IMG/VR virus record: IMGVR_UViG_3300020044_008989
Coordinates: 1-64,000 of that record
DNA: 64,000 bases
From: an uncultured virus (IMG/VR IMGVR_UViG_3300020044_008989)
Lineage: Duplodnaviria > Heunggongvirae > Uroviricota > Caudoviricetes
Direction: 5' to 3' (one strand)
Shown in pieces: positions 18,346 to 28,157 of this stretch. The notes beneath the pieces were generated by a model. That model was not told where the DNA came from. It saw only the letters and a list, made by a program, of their open reading frames with translations, and ran no database searches. The number at the start of each line of letters is the position of its first letter. Position 1 is the stretch's first letter. Both the position numbers and the translations under genes were made by a program.

Positions 18346-19118
18346 GCTAGTCTGAGGTTGTGGGGTTTGTAGTCGTAGTGGTCGAAAGACTCAAGAGAGT
18401 CATGCATAACGTGGGCGGGCTTTGTGCCCCCAGCGCAGTCAATCCAGTGCTGATTCCAAAAATTCTTATTTCTTTGAAGGCGAGATTCTTTTGATAGGTA
18501 TCCCATGTGGATAATTACGACGGACTCATCATTTTCTATCGCAGAAAGATCGTTTGGTAAAAACTTTACGGGCGCATAATTTCCGTCTTCAGTAATTAAA
18601 CAGCATGAGTCGTCCCGAGTTGTATCCACGAACCCTCCTGGCTTTTTGATTTGATTGGAGATACCGCGAAAAGTTTTACCTTTCGAGAGGTAAACTTTTG
18701 AATTTAGAGCTTTATAATGTTCCCAATCAAGGAAAAGATCAAGACTTGGAAGAGCATACCCCAAGCAGTTGTCGAATTTCAACTGAAAACATAGATTCTC
18801 CCATAATGGTCTGTGGTGCGGCAAAATAAATTCATCTGCGTCAACACAAAGCTTAAACTCACCTTGGGAGGCTTGCATAGCGGCATTCTTAATTAGACCG
18901 TCGAATCCAGGCTGGTCCTTCGTAAAAGACGTATGAATAATTCTCCAATTTGTGTAGTCACATAATTCATTGTGAATCAGTTGTTCTGAGTTATCGGTTG
19001 ACGTATTAAGGGCGATAACAAGCTCATCGGCAGTCTCACAACTATTCCGAAAAGACTTTTGCCAACCAAAAATATTATTTGCCTCTAACTGAAAGGCGCT
19101 TGAGTATATGCTTAGCAT
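18342..19118 (-). CDS. GT2 glycosyltransferase
   Basis: ADELVI...STDNS, KNAA, CVDADE (DxD), IHMGY. Confidence 0.82.
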   Translation of the reverse strand: MLSIYSSAFQLEANNIFGWQKSFRNSCETADELVIALNTSTDNSEQLIHNELCDYTNWRIIHTSFTKDQPGFDGLIKNAAMQASQGEFKLCVDADEFILPHHRPLWENLCFQLKFDNCLGYALPSLDLFLDWEHYKALNSKVYLSKGKTFRGISNQIKKPGGFVDTTRDDSCCLITEDGNYAPVKFLPNDLSAIENDESVVIIHMGYLSKESRLQRNKNFWNQHWIDCAGGTKPAHVMHDSLESFDHYDYKPHNLRLA

Positions 19119-20116
19119 GATTGTCTATAGTAACCTCTTGGGTTATCATTTTCTTTCAAAGAAAAGAATGTTTCAAACTTTTCCTTTTTTCGGGTCAAAA
19201 AAACCGTGGCATCCTTATATAAAAATTCGTAAAAAATCTTTATAGAATCTAGATGACAAAATGACAATCTGTATGTTTCCATTGCATGTTTGAACCTATA
19301 AATACTTATGGATGTTGAAATTATATCTTTCAGATAGGAGTTGAGGGAGTTGATGAAGTAAAGACTCCCAATCATATTTACATTTCCTTTGTGAGATTTT
19401 CCATTTTTCTTACTTCGAGCATAAGTAATGCAGCCATCTCCATCAAAATAACCACGAATAAAGTGTGGCATAAGCTCGTTAGGTATCATTCCCGACTCAG
19501 GGAATTTAAGAGTTAGACTCTTTTTTTGGAAAAGACCAACTTTTTTAAGGTCTGAAACCATTTTTTTACTTCTAAAAACTAGAGATGTGGCATTAACTGT
19601 TCTTTTTGAGCAAACGCAGTTTTCGCCTCCAGCCAAGGTTTCAAACTTATGAAGGATATAGCCATCTTTTGGATGAAGGTTTAGCTGAACAAAACCTCTA
19701 TCTTCGGATAAATATCCATCGGCATAAAGGAACCCTAAAAAATAAGCTTTTTCTTCAGTGTCTATTTTTTCGAAGTAATCAATATTGAGTTTTTTACAAT
19801 ACGACCTGTCGCGCTGCTCTTTTTTTGGGATGCCGTGTTTTTTTAAACACGCATCTGAAAGAGCCTGACTAACACCAAGTTTCTCTTTGATTTTAGCGAA
19901 AGAAAGCCCATCTTTATACAAAGAGATTACTTGTAATTCTAAATCATTAGTTCTAACCCTTCTTCTGTCTGGTTGTTTGGGGCGTTTTAGGATGTTAAAT
20001 TTTTGGAGTTTTTCTTTAACCGTGCAATAGACGACGCCGTATTTTGCTTGAATGTCTAGATAAGTCAATCCATTATCAATATCTTCGATTAGCTGTTCTT
20101 TGGTAATTTTTATCAT
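19112..20116 (-). mobile_element. free-standing double-motif LAGLIDADG homing endonuclease with N-terminal HTHs
   Basis: AYFLGFLYADG and HFIRGYFDGDG; likely start ATG 20116, 10 nt after GTGTAA (20132-20127). Confidence 0.9.
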
Positions 20117-20164
20117 ACAAAGATATTTACACCTGAACATCCTTTAATCTATTAAAGGGAGGAA

Positions 20165-20620
20165 CTAATCATTAGTCTTTTCTGTTGACACGCATTCTGC
20201 GCACAGAAGGGCTTCTGGTTCTTTGTAAATCCAAGTAAATTCTTTTGGTCCTTCAATGATAACGGCGGTGCCGTCTTTTGTTCCAAATTGAGTTCCGTTT
20301 ACAAAAAATGCAGCAACTCCTTCAAGTGGAGAAATAAATTCCTCGCTTACCATCCAATTATTTGTGATGGAAATATTCAAAGGGATACTTTTATTAACTG
20401 GAAAAGAGAAAACCAATCTAATCTTACCATCTTCTAATTTTTCACACAAAGCAATTAATCCCATGCCCTTGATTGACATAGGGTGCCACAAGGGTAGTAA
20501 ATATGGCCTGCATTCCTTTCTTTCGTCGCCTTCTACATCTTTGGGCGAAAGGAATTCTAAAAATGATTCAATGGAGGAAAAAATCTCCGAATGTTTGATT
20601 TGCGTAGTATTTGGGGTCAT
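20165..20620 (-). CDS. hypothetical protein
   Basis: 151-aa ORF with TAGTAT 6 nt upstream of the ATG. Confidence 0.6.
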   Translation of the reverse strand: MTPNTTQIKHSEIFSSIESFLEFLSPKDVEGDERKECRPYLLPLWHPMSIKGMGLIALCEKLEDGKIRLVFSFPVNKSIPLNISITNNWMVSEEFISPLEGVAAFFVNGTQFGTKDGTAVIIEGPKEFTWIYKEPEALLCAECVSTEKTND

Positions 20621-20878
20621 ACACCTATACTAACGTTAACGACCTAAAAAACTTTCGCCGCTTCATAGTTTTTAATTGCCGCTTGGATTGTTTCAATTAT
20701 TTTTCTCAGATTTTGGTGTTTTTGTTTCCATATTATTTAAACCACTTTTCAAAAATGATGCCCGCAATGTTGTCAGACGTGTCATGATAACCAGCTATTG
20801 CTGCTATTATGGACGCAAGCGAAACAGGGGTAAACAAAATCAATTTAATCGGCACGGACAATAAGTTCAGGATTATTT

Positions 20879-21433
20879 TCATATTTCTTCGATGGGAGAA
20901 TCTGTCGTTTCTTTTTTGGGCTTTGAGCGATTTTTCATAAAAATTACTCGCTTGTTATGCCAGTCAAGTTTTCGTTTAGCCTCTTTAATTTCTGACAAAG
21001 AATATCCAACGTGCCAAGAATACGTCTTGTGGTTATGGGATTTGCGCCATTCGATGTTTCGGCGCTCTTGTTCTTCGTGGTCTTTTATATTTCCTAGGGT
21101 CTTGGCTTCGGCCTCTTCTTTTGCGTCATAGGCTTCGTGAAAACGAGCGTCGTAACTTTCAAAATCGTATTCGGTTTTGCCGTTAGTTTCTTTCTTGGTT
21201 TTGCCCATGATAGTGACTTGTCGAGTTTCGGCCACCCATTCATATTCCAGAACGTAGCCTTTTGGACCTTCGTAACCTTTACCGCAATAATCGCAAGGCG
21301 TTCTAATTTCGTCTCCGTTACCAAGAATCAGCGTTACGAAAAGCTGCCCGTAGCAAACGGGGCAGTCGTGGCGAACTTGTTTTTGGCCGCATTGAGCGAT
21401 CCATACTTTGTCTCCGATGTTGTATTCTTTCAT
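20879..21433 (-). CDS. hypothetical protein with CxxC...CxxC zinc finger
   Basis: CPVC, CDYC; promoter TTGACA-17-TATTCT at 21470-21442. Confidence 0.65.
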   Translation of the reverse strand: MKEYNIGDKVWIAQCGQKQVRHDCPVCYGQLFVTLILGNGDEIRTPCDYCGKGYEGPKGYVLEYEWVAETRQVTIMGKTKKETNGKTEYDFESYDARFHEAYDAKEEAEAKTLGNIKDHEEQERRNIEWRKSHNHKTYSWHVGYSLSEIKEAKRKLDWHNKRVIFMKNRSKPKKETTDSPIEEI

Positions 21434-21466
21434 GTGAGAGAAGAATACACGATGGATTAAACCCTG

Positions 21467-21667
21467 TCAAGGAGAATAACCGTACATCGACATAAGATTC
21501 ATCATTCCTTTGTTTGAATATCTGTCGTTGCAACTGCATTCTTGGTCGTCTTCGTCCCGTTTACTTTGATTCGCATCCCTATTAATGCCATGAATTACAG
21601 GGCGACAGAGCCAAGCTAGACGTTTTTTGCGGGCTTTTTCTGTGTCGAAAGTTAAGGTATTTTTCAT
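21467..21667 (-). CDS. hypothetical protein
   Basis: coupled to the nrdB stop. Confidence 0.45.
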   Translation of the reverse strand: MKNTLTFDTEKARKKRLAWLCRPVIHGINRDANQSKRDEDDQECSCNDRYSNKGMMNLMSMYGYSP

Positions 21668-22725
21668 TATAGTTCAAATCCAGCAAACTCGCCTTCTTTA
21701 ATTTCTGTATTTCGAGCGCCAATCTTATAAGAGATAATCTCAGATTCTTGCGGAGCAACCTGTCTTTTTGAACTGTCCATGAATCCATCAAGCCATCCAG
21801 CGATTGGGCTAGTCTTTTGATCGTAGATTTTCCTATAACCGAGAGACTGGAGACGATTATTCGCCAGCCACTCAACATGCCCCCCGCCAGCCTCCGCGTT
21901 TAACCCAAGCAATGAACCTTTTGAGAAGAGATATTTAAGCCACTTTTTCTCATGCTCAACCGCGAGTCCGTAAGTGTCATATACTTTTTGCTCATTTTGC
22001 TTTAAAATATCCTGGAATCCTTCTTCTGGATTTTCTTTCCAGTTCTTAAAGATGTTTTGAGTAATTGAAACGTGAAGGTTTTCGTCTCTCTGAATCAGGG
22101 AGATGATGTCAGCGTTACCCTTCATCTTGCCCTTATGCCCAAAGAATAATGAACATGCGAATGAAATATAAAAAGCCAGTCCCTCTGTGATTTGAGTAGA
22201 AAGAACGGCGTCAAAAATCTTTTGCTTAATATCTTCTGGCTCACCCAAGATTGCATCGTAGCTTTTCTTAATTTCATTTGCCCGCGAAACAATTTCTTCA
22301 TCTTCCAAGATGGAGTCAAAGAATTTTCCTGGGTCTTTCGTGATGTTTTGAAGAATCCATGTATAAGAGTAACTGTGAACGTTTTCAAACCTTGCCCATG
22401 TGCCCATGCAGATTTCAAGTTCTGGATTTGTGACATACTTACTCACCTGATGGATAGATCGAGACAACATACTATCCGTCATCGTCTGCCAGCGGAGGTT
22501 GCTGTTAAAGATAAACTTTTCTGTATCTGTTAGATTCTCATAGTCAGAACGATCTTTCGCCAAGGAAATCTCTTCTGGCATCCAATGAAATTCTTCCTGT
22601 TTGCGCCATAATTCAAAGAATTTAGGATACTTGATTTTATCATATCTCTGGAGGGCAAGACCCTCCCCAAGGAACATGATATTATTAGAGCCGTGAATGT
22701 TGTTGGTGTTTAGGACTGTTTTCAT
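21667..22725 (-). CDS. nrdB: ribonucleotide reductase class Ia beta subunit
   Basis: FHWMPEEISL..D, QTMTDS, FENVHSYSY, TEGL.FY.SF, QRDENLH, QVAPQE.EI.SY; start refined to MKTVLN. Confidence 0.95.
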   Translation of the reverse strand: MKTVLNTNNIHGSNNIMFLGEGLALQRYDKIKYPKFFELWRKQEEFHWMPEEISLAKDRSDYENLTDTEKFIFNSNLRWQTMTDSMLSRSIHQVSKYVTNPELEICMGTWARFENVHSYSYTWILQNITKDPGKFFDSILEDEEIVSRANEIKKSYDAILGEPEDIKQKIFDAVLSTQITEGLAFYISFACSLFFGHKGKMKGNADIISLIQRDENLHVSITQNIFKNWKENPEEGFQDILKQNEQKVYDTYGLAVEHEKKWLKYLFSKGSLLGLNAEAGGGHVEWLANNRLQSLGYRKIYDQKTSPIAGWLDGFMDSSKRQVAPQESEIISYKIGARNTEIKEGEFAGFEL

Positions 22726-22730
22726 AAAAA

Positions 22731-24992
22731 TTATAGAGAGCACGCCCCGCTAACACATGAATCTTCTTGGTTTGCGGCGCTTTGTTTATCGCCATCATTA
22801 GTATTTAGGTAATAGCCAGTTCTCCAGCCCATCCTGTAAGCATAAAGGAACTCTTTGATGACTTTCGAATCTGGGAGAGCGCCTCCTTCATAATGAGCGT
22901 AATTGTAGTAACGATTCGCGGAGATTCCCATATCAACCCACTTTTGAAGGGCCGCAACAACGTTGATCATTCCGATATTATCCTTCATGTCAAAAGCCAG
23001 CGTGTATTTATTCTTCCACTGATGGATGTTTGGAACAATTACTGGTAGCTGGCGAGACTTAGATTCCTTATATGTAATTAAGGAGCGGACTGGTTCTATT
23101 CCGTTAGTAGAACTCTGAATAACGGAACTACTTTCACAAGGCATTAGCGCTGAAACAGTGGAGTTTCTAAGACCATATTGTTTAATTTCGGCGCGAAGAG
23201 ATTCCCAATCCATTGCTGGTTTTCTGGTTACAACAGCATCAACTTCTTTCTTGTAAGTATCAAGAGGAAGAATCCCAAGAGAGTATTTTGTTCTGTCGAA
23301 TTTTTCACATGCGCCTTTCTCTTTGGCAAGTTGACATGAAGCCTTCAACAGGAAATACTGAATCTTTTCCATAAGTTCGTCTGCGATGTTTGGCGCTTCT
23401 GGGTCTTCATATTTTACTCCGTGTTTCGCAAGGTAAGCGGCAAAATTAGTAATCCCAACCGCAAGAGAGCGGCGCTTTTTGGCGAAGTTTTCAGCGGCGG
23501 GCGCAAAATAATCTTGATAATCAATTAACTCGTCTAACATTCTAACTGTAATATCACAGATTTTCTCCATCTCATGGTCGGAATGAATCTCCAAAACATT
23601 AACGGCTGACAAAACGCAAACGCCGATTTCGCCGTCTGGGTCATTGATATTCTTTAATGGTTTGACTGGTTGCAGCACTTCGAGGCAGAGGTTGTTCATT
23701 CGAACGGTATCTAGCCAAGCGCCTCTTTCATTTGCATGGTCGATATTTGCAAAATAAATTCTACCAGTTTCAACACTCTCTTTTGTGAAGAGACTCATTA
23801 ATTGAGCCGCCGAAATAACTTTTTTTCGTTTTAGTTTTGTCGATTTTTCATATTTTTCATACAAAAGGTCGAATTCTGGAGTTCCGAAGTGTTCGTACAA
23901 GTCTTTGACCTCGTGAGGAGAAAAGAGAGTGATGTTTTCTCCCTTTAAAAAACGCTCATAGAAGATTTTAGAAAACTGAATAACGTAATCCAGTTTGCGG
24001 ACTCGATTATCGTCTGTTCCAGCGTTGTTCTTTAATTGGAGAATGTCTTCAATTTCATAGTGCCAGAATGGAAAATTAACTGTGGCACCTCCTCCGCGAA
24101 TGCCATTTTGGTGACAGGATTTTACTGTTGACTCGAACACTTTGAGGAAAGGAATGACTCCAGTGTGGATAACGTCGCCCTTGCGAATTTCAGAACCAAT
24201 TGCCCTCAATTCTCCAGCATTAAGTCCAATACCGAATCTCTGAGACGTTGCGAATCCAACCGCTGTATTAGCCGCAAAAATAGATTCAATACTATCGCCA
24301 ATATCAATCAAGCAACAAGACGAATACTGGCGTAACTTTGTTCTCACTCCAGCCATTAACGGCGTAGGAAGATTGCTTTTGTGTTTAGAATAGGCGTCGT
24401 AAGCCTCTTTTACATACAACAATCTTTTCTTTTGTTCGTAGGCGCTAAAGAGCGTCATCGCCACAAGCATGTAAGCAAACTGCGGCGTTTCAAAAATTTC
24501 GCTTGTTTTTCTATTCTGAACAAGATATTTATCGCAAAGTTGCTGAATGCCTGCATAAGTAAACAAATCGTCCCGTGAATGCTTGATATAGTCATCAAGT
24601 TTATTGATTTCAGACTCACTATAAAGTTCCAAAACAGCATTCTCGTAAACACCAGCGGCGACATTTTTCTTGATAAAATCAAGCAGCTTCGGAGGATTTT
24701 TTCCACCCCAAACTTCTTTTCGGAGTTGATAATTTACTAGGCGACCAGCTACATATTGGTAATTGGGAGTTTTTTCACAGATCATCCCAACAGCAGAGTC
24801 GATAACTGCTTGATGAATCTCCTTTGTTGAGATTCCGTCGAAAAGCTGAATTTTTGCATTGGCACAAACAGTGTTTGCGGACACGCTAGAAATACCTTCT
24901 GTGGCCCAATTTACTACCTGTTCGACCTTCTCCGCGCTAAAAGTTTCTGTTTCGCCATTCCGTTTCTTAACCGTAAAATTCTTGTGTTCCAT
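22731..24992 (-). CDS. nrdA: ribonucleotide reductase class Ia alpha subunit with ATP-cone
   Basis: VKKRNG cone, PTPLMAG.RT, SSCCL, NLCLE, MPCESSS, TNGIEP, TGYY, C-terminal CVSGAC; no intein. Confidence 0.96.
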   Translation of the reverse strand: MEHKNFTVKKRNGETETFSAEKVEQVVNWATEGISSVSANTVCANAKIQLFDGISTKEIHQAVIDSAVGMICEKTPNYQYVAGRLVNYQLRKEVWGGKNPPKLLDFIKKNVAAGVYENAVLELYSESEINKLDDYIKHSRDDLFTYAGIQQLCDKYLVQNRKTSEIFETPQFAYMLVAMTLFSAYEQKKRLLYVKEAYDAYSKHKSNLPTPLMAGVRTKLRQYSSCCLIDIGDSIESIFAANTAVGFATSQRFGIGLNAGELRAIGSEIRKGDVIHTGVIPFLKVFESTVKSCHQNGIRGGGATVNFPFWHYEIEDILQLKNNAGTDDNRVRKLDYVIQFSKIFYERFLKGENITLFSPHEVKDLYEHFGTPEFDLLYEKYEKSTKLKRKKVISAAQLMSLFTKESVETGRIYFANIDHANERGAWLDTVRMNNLCLEVLQPVKPLKNINDPDGEIGVCVLSAVNVLEIHSDHEMEKICDITVRMLDELIDYQDYFAPAAENFAKKRRSLAVGITNFAAYLAKHGVKYEDPEAPNIADELMEKIQYFLLKASCQLAKEKGACEKFDRTKYSLGILPLDTYKKEVDAVVTRKPAMDWESLRAEIKQYGLRNSTVSALMPCESSSVIQSSTNGIEPVRSLITYKESKSRQLPVIVPNIHQWKNKYTLAFDMKDNIGMINVVAALQKWVDMGISANRYYNYAHYEGGALPDSKVIKEFLYAYRMGWRTGYYLNTNDGDKQSAANQEDSCVSGACSL

Positions 24993-25638
24993 AGGGTGCT
25001 ATATACTTACAGTTTCCAATCCCAAAGTCTAGCGGTTTTTTGGTTTTTCTTCAAGAATCTGCTGTTGAGAACCTGTGTCAACAGTCAGGGTTTTGGTATA
25101 TCTATTGTTAGGATGTTTTTGTATTTTCTGAAAGTTCAGTAAGTTGTGAATCTTACAAAAATCTTACAAGTTTTTTCGCCGCACTAGTTTGTTCATTTTC
25201 AACAGTTTGGGACTTTGCGATACAAAGTGAAAAAGAAAGTTGCTAGACTTGGGGTGTAAAATCTGTATCGTTGGGGAACCATTTAAGGAGGGGCGCAGGG
25301 TGAGAGCGATGCGAAGGTGAGAAATGAGAGACGTTGCGAGAAGAGAAGCAGAGACACAAAAGAGAAAGACGCATCGGAGACTCGCAAGATTCGTAGAATC
25401 TGAGAATCGGAGATGCAAGGGGGTTTGGGGGAACTCCCCCAACATCATAGATCGTAACGAAGTGGAGATCGGAAACTGAGCGAAGCCTAAGATAAGAGAG
25501 CGGTGCAAACGTTAAACGTACAGCGTGCGCGAAGAAGCGGCTAGCGCCGCGACAACAAGATAATTTTTCAAACCACTAATTGGCCGCGAATAATTTTTTC
25601 GCGCCGCTAAAATAGTTTCAGTTGACGCAAGAACTTCT
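24993..25638. other. non-coding divergent strand-switch region with hairpins; candidate replication origin/control region
   Basis: only large intergenic gap besides the RNA array; tandem AATCTTACAA x2 (25149-25169), purine-rich + strand 25284-25560, hairpin TTGGGGG-AACT-CCCCCAA (25425-25442), GCGAAGC (25480-25486). Confidence 0.55.
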
Positions 25639-25662
25639 GTGAGCGAAACGTATTATCATCGT

Positions 25663-26022
25663 ATGTCCAATGTAGAATCACAACACGCCGCTCTCGTTTC
25701 TCTCCTCGCCAAGGATGGACGTGAAATTATCAACTCGCTTACTCCTTTCAAGGCTCATCTTCTCCATATGGCGGTTGGTATTTCAGGTGAAGCGGGCGAA
25801 CTTCTTGACGCTATCAAGAAGAATGTTGTATATGTTAAAGATTTGGACCGCGAAAATGTTATTGAAGAACTTGGCGACCTTGAATTTTACATGGAAGGTT
25901 TGCGTTCTGCTCTGAGAATTTCCCGCGAAGAAACTCTTGTCCATAATCACGCGAAACTCTCCAAGCGTTACAAAGAAGGATATTCTGACGCCGCCGCTCA
26001 AATCCGCGCCGATAAACAATAA
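25663..26022 (+). CDS. MazG-like NTP pyrophosphohydrolase
   Basis: GISGEAGELLD.IKK, EELGDLEFY, N..KL..RY; start refined to ATG 25663. Confidence 0.88.
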   Translation: MSNVESQHAALVSLLAKDGREIINSLTPFKAHLLHMAVGISGEAGELLDAIKKNVVYVKDLDRENVIEELGDLEFYMEGLRSALRISREETLVHNHAKLSKRYKEGYSDAAAQIRADKQ

Positions 26023-26023
26023 T

Positions 26024-26191
26024 ATGAACTTCGCAGACCTCCTCAACAAATCCCAGCGATACGCCGAATCACTTTTGGCGGAGAATGGTTTTGTCTCTTA
26101 TGTGTTGCCTCTGGAAGTAGAGGGTAAGAACAACAAGCGTGTTGGTCTTCTTATTAGAGGCGGACGAGTTGCGGATTACAAGGTTGGCTAA
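26024..26191 (+). CDS. hypothetical protein (MNFADLL...)
   Basis: refined start after the MazG stop. Confidence 0.5.
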   Translation: MNFADLLNKSQRYAESLLAENGFVSYVLPLEVEGKNNKRVGLLIRGGRVADYKVG

Positions 26192-26197
26192 TCATAT

Positions 26198-26413
26198 ATG
26201 GATATTCCACCTTCTCCCGAACACTCCCAACTAGATTATCTTTTGGGCCGCGCAAATTCTTGTTTAAAGAGCGTTGATATTATCCTGAAAACCCTGAATA
26301 AAGACTTCCCGTGTGAAGGTTGTCAGTGGGTAGTTTGGGAGGATCATGTTGATTGCGTGAGTCTTGGGGATTTGGAGTGGGGCGATTTTGAGGAACCTAA
26401 TGATCGAGTATGA
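26198..26413 (+). CDS. hypothetical protein
   Basis: ORF track. Confidence 0.55.
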   Translation: MDIPPSPEHSQLDYLLGRANSCLKSVDIILKTLNKDFPCEGCQWVVWEDHVDCVSLGDLEWGDFEEPNDRV

Positions 26414-26595
26414 GAAACAATACTTTTTACGAATATCAGGAACCATTAAAGAGAGTGTCTTTCGTTTATAAGAGGATGATGGAAGAATTTACCCTCTATC
26501 TCGATAGATTTTTAGGGCGGCACAATAAATTGTCTTTTTTGGCGGCGATTAAAAATTATGTTAATGTTTGCAGATTAATTTTAAAGCACAAATGA
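26410..26595 (+). CDS. hypothetical protein
   Basis: ATGA-coupled at both ends. Confidence 0.5.
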   Translation: MRNNTFYEYQEPLKRVSFVYKRMMEEFTLYLDRFLGRHNKLSFLAAIKNYVNVCRLILKHK

Positions 26596-27164
26596 TAATT
26601 CTTGGAATAGCAGGGAAGAAGCGAGTAGGAAAATCCACGCTTACGCAGGGCTTCATTAATCAATACGAAAAAATGGGCCTACGGGCAAAAAACTATGCTT
26701 TCGCCGACGAACTGAAAAAAGAACTTGACCCCCTTTTCCTGCTTAATGCTGGAGTGTCAGCATTTACAGAAGACCCAGTAGAGAAAGAATTATTGCGCTG
26801 TTGCTTAATCGCGTACGGTACAGGTTACTGGAGAAAAAAAGACCCCGACCATTGGATTAAAAAACTCGCCGCGCAATTTAAAAAAGACGAGGGACAAGTT
26901 GATGTAGCAATTATTTCTGACGCTAGATTTGCGTCAAACGAAATTCCATGGATTAAAAGTCTCGGCGGCAAAATCATTTATTTGATTCGCAAAGACGACG
27001 ACGGAAACGAATTCCCGCCCGCTGGGATAGACGAAGAAATTAATGACCCGCTCTTAAGAAAAGAGGCCGATTTTGTTTTTTCTTGGGGAAATCATAATAA
27101 TAATTTGGAAAAGTGCTATTATACAGCAGCCAATTGGCTTGACGATATTTTAGCTACCAAATGA
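26592..27164 (+). CDS. deoxynucleoside monophosphate kinase
   Basis: GIAGKKRVGKS, FADELK, R..L..YGT..WR, ISDARF.NE. Confidence 0.85.
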   Translation: MIILGIAGKKRVGKSTLTQGFINQYEKMGLRAKNYAFADELKKELDPLFLLNAGVSAFTEDPVEKELLRCCLIAYGTGYWRKKDPDHWIKKLAAQFKKDEGQVDVAIISDARFASNEIPWIKSLGGKIIYLIRKDDDGNEFPPAGIDEEINDPLLRKEADFVFSWGNHNNNLEKCYYTAANWLDDILATK

Positions 27165-27730
27165 TGGACGATCTTTCCCTTGTAAACAGAGTAAAAGCTA
27201 CTGGTGACAGTGAGGCCATGTCTCAGCTTATAAATTCCCACACAGGGATTTTTGTCCAGACTCTTGAAAGATCGCTCCCAACAGATCAATTCGCCACCCA
27301 GAAGGAAGACTTTAAAAATGAGCGCGCATTTCATATGTACGATGCTGTCATGAAATACAAACCCGACAGTGCCATGAAATTCTCCACCTTCCTCGGCCAA
27401 ACTATCAAGTGGAAATGTCTGACCCTAAAGAATCGCGGCCCAGACAAGGATACGGTGTTTATTGATTCTTTAGACACACCGCCCGCCGAAAAAGAGCCAG
27501 AAGATCACGAAAACAAATTCAAAATTGAAGAAATCTTCCAATACGCCGAAACTTATCACAACGACCTTGCAAGAAAGATTGTAAAGTTGCGTTATGATAG
27601 TGCAAACAAGATTAGTTGGAAACAAGTAGCAAAACAACTTGACATCTCAGTGTCATGGGCTACTTTAATCCACAGTCAGTTTATTAAAGACGCGAAAACG
27701 CATTTCAACATCCCAAACACACATGAATAA
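27161..27730 (+). CDS. sigma-70-like RNA polymerase sigma factor
   Basis: GD.EA..QLI, A..KY.PD...KFSTFL...I.W (region 2), LRY.....SWKQVAK.L.IS (region 4 HTH). Confidence 0.8.
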   Translation: MMDDLSLVNRVKATGDSEAMSQLINSHTGIFVQTLERSLPTDQFATQKEDFKNERAFHMYDAVMKYKPDSAMKFSTFLGQTIKWKCLTLKNRGPDKDTVFIDSLDTPPAEKEPEDHENKFKIEEIFQYAETYHNDLARKIVKLRYDSANKISWKQVAKQLDISVSWATLIHSQFIKDAKTHFNIPNTHE

Positions 27731-28118
27731 AGTAATCATCAACGGCAATCTTTGTGCCGATCCCGAGTCCCGCTTTTCAAGCGCAGGCAAAGCCATTGTC
27801 AACCTACGTCTCGCTGTCGCTGGCCGAGGAGATAAAACCGTCTTCGTTGACGTGACATGTTTCGATAAAACAGCGGAACTCGTGACCAAGTACAAAGTCA
27901 AGGGCGACCCTGTTCTTATTGATGGGCGTCTTGAGTTAGACTCGTGGGAAGATAAATCGAGTGGTCAAAAGCGTTCGAAACTTTACGTTATTGCTGACAA
28001 CGTGGAATTCCTGTCTGGCGGTAATAAACCAAAGGATCAAGGTGAAGACTCTGCTCCTGCTAAAACCAAGTCAAAAACTGGTCCTATCCAACAGGAAGAA
28101 TCAGATATTCCTTTCTGA
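27723..28118 (+). CDS. ssb: single-stranded DNA-binding protein
   Basis: MNKVIINGNL.ADPE, KG..V.IDGRL..W, acidic tail ESDIPF. Confidence 0.95.
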   Translation: MNKVIINGNLCADPESRFSSAGKAIVNLRLAVAGRGDKTVFVDVTCFDKTAELVTKYKVKGDPVLIDGRLELDSWEDKSSGQKRSKLYVIADNVEFLSGGNKPKDQGEDSAPAKTKSKTGPIQQEESDIPF

Positions 28119-28157
28119 TAAATCATTTGGGATTGCGGCGCTCTGTTTGTGGAGTGG

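Noticed and set aside
19112-20140. Intein or group I intron hosting the LAGLIDADG ORF
   Set aside because: No splice-junction motifs, flanking genes are intact, and it has its own promoter-like motif
561-24706. Many short + strand or nested ORFs in the left arm (e.g. 561-902, 4804-5241, 11598-11954, 15434-15868, 22192-22533)
   Set aside because: Antisense or out-of-frame shadows of well-supported minus-strand genes
21667-24992. Introns or inteins in nrdA/nrdB (also checked thyX, dnaB, recA)
   Set aside because: All are uninterrupted and of normal length
25164-25508. 114-aa minus-strand ORF in the strand-switch region
   Set aside because: The Ser/Leu/Phe/Arg-biased translation simply reflects the purine-rich opposite strand; TTG start, no motifs
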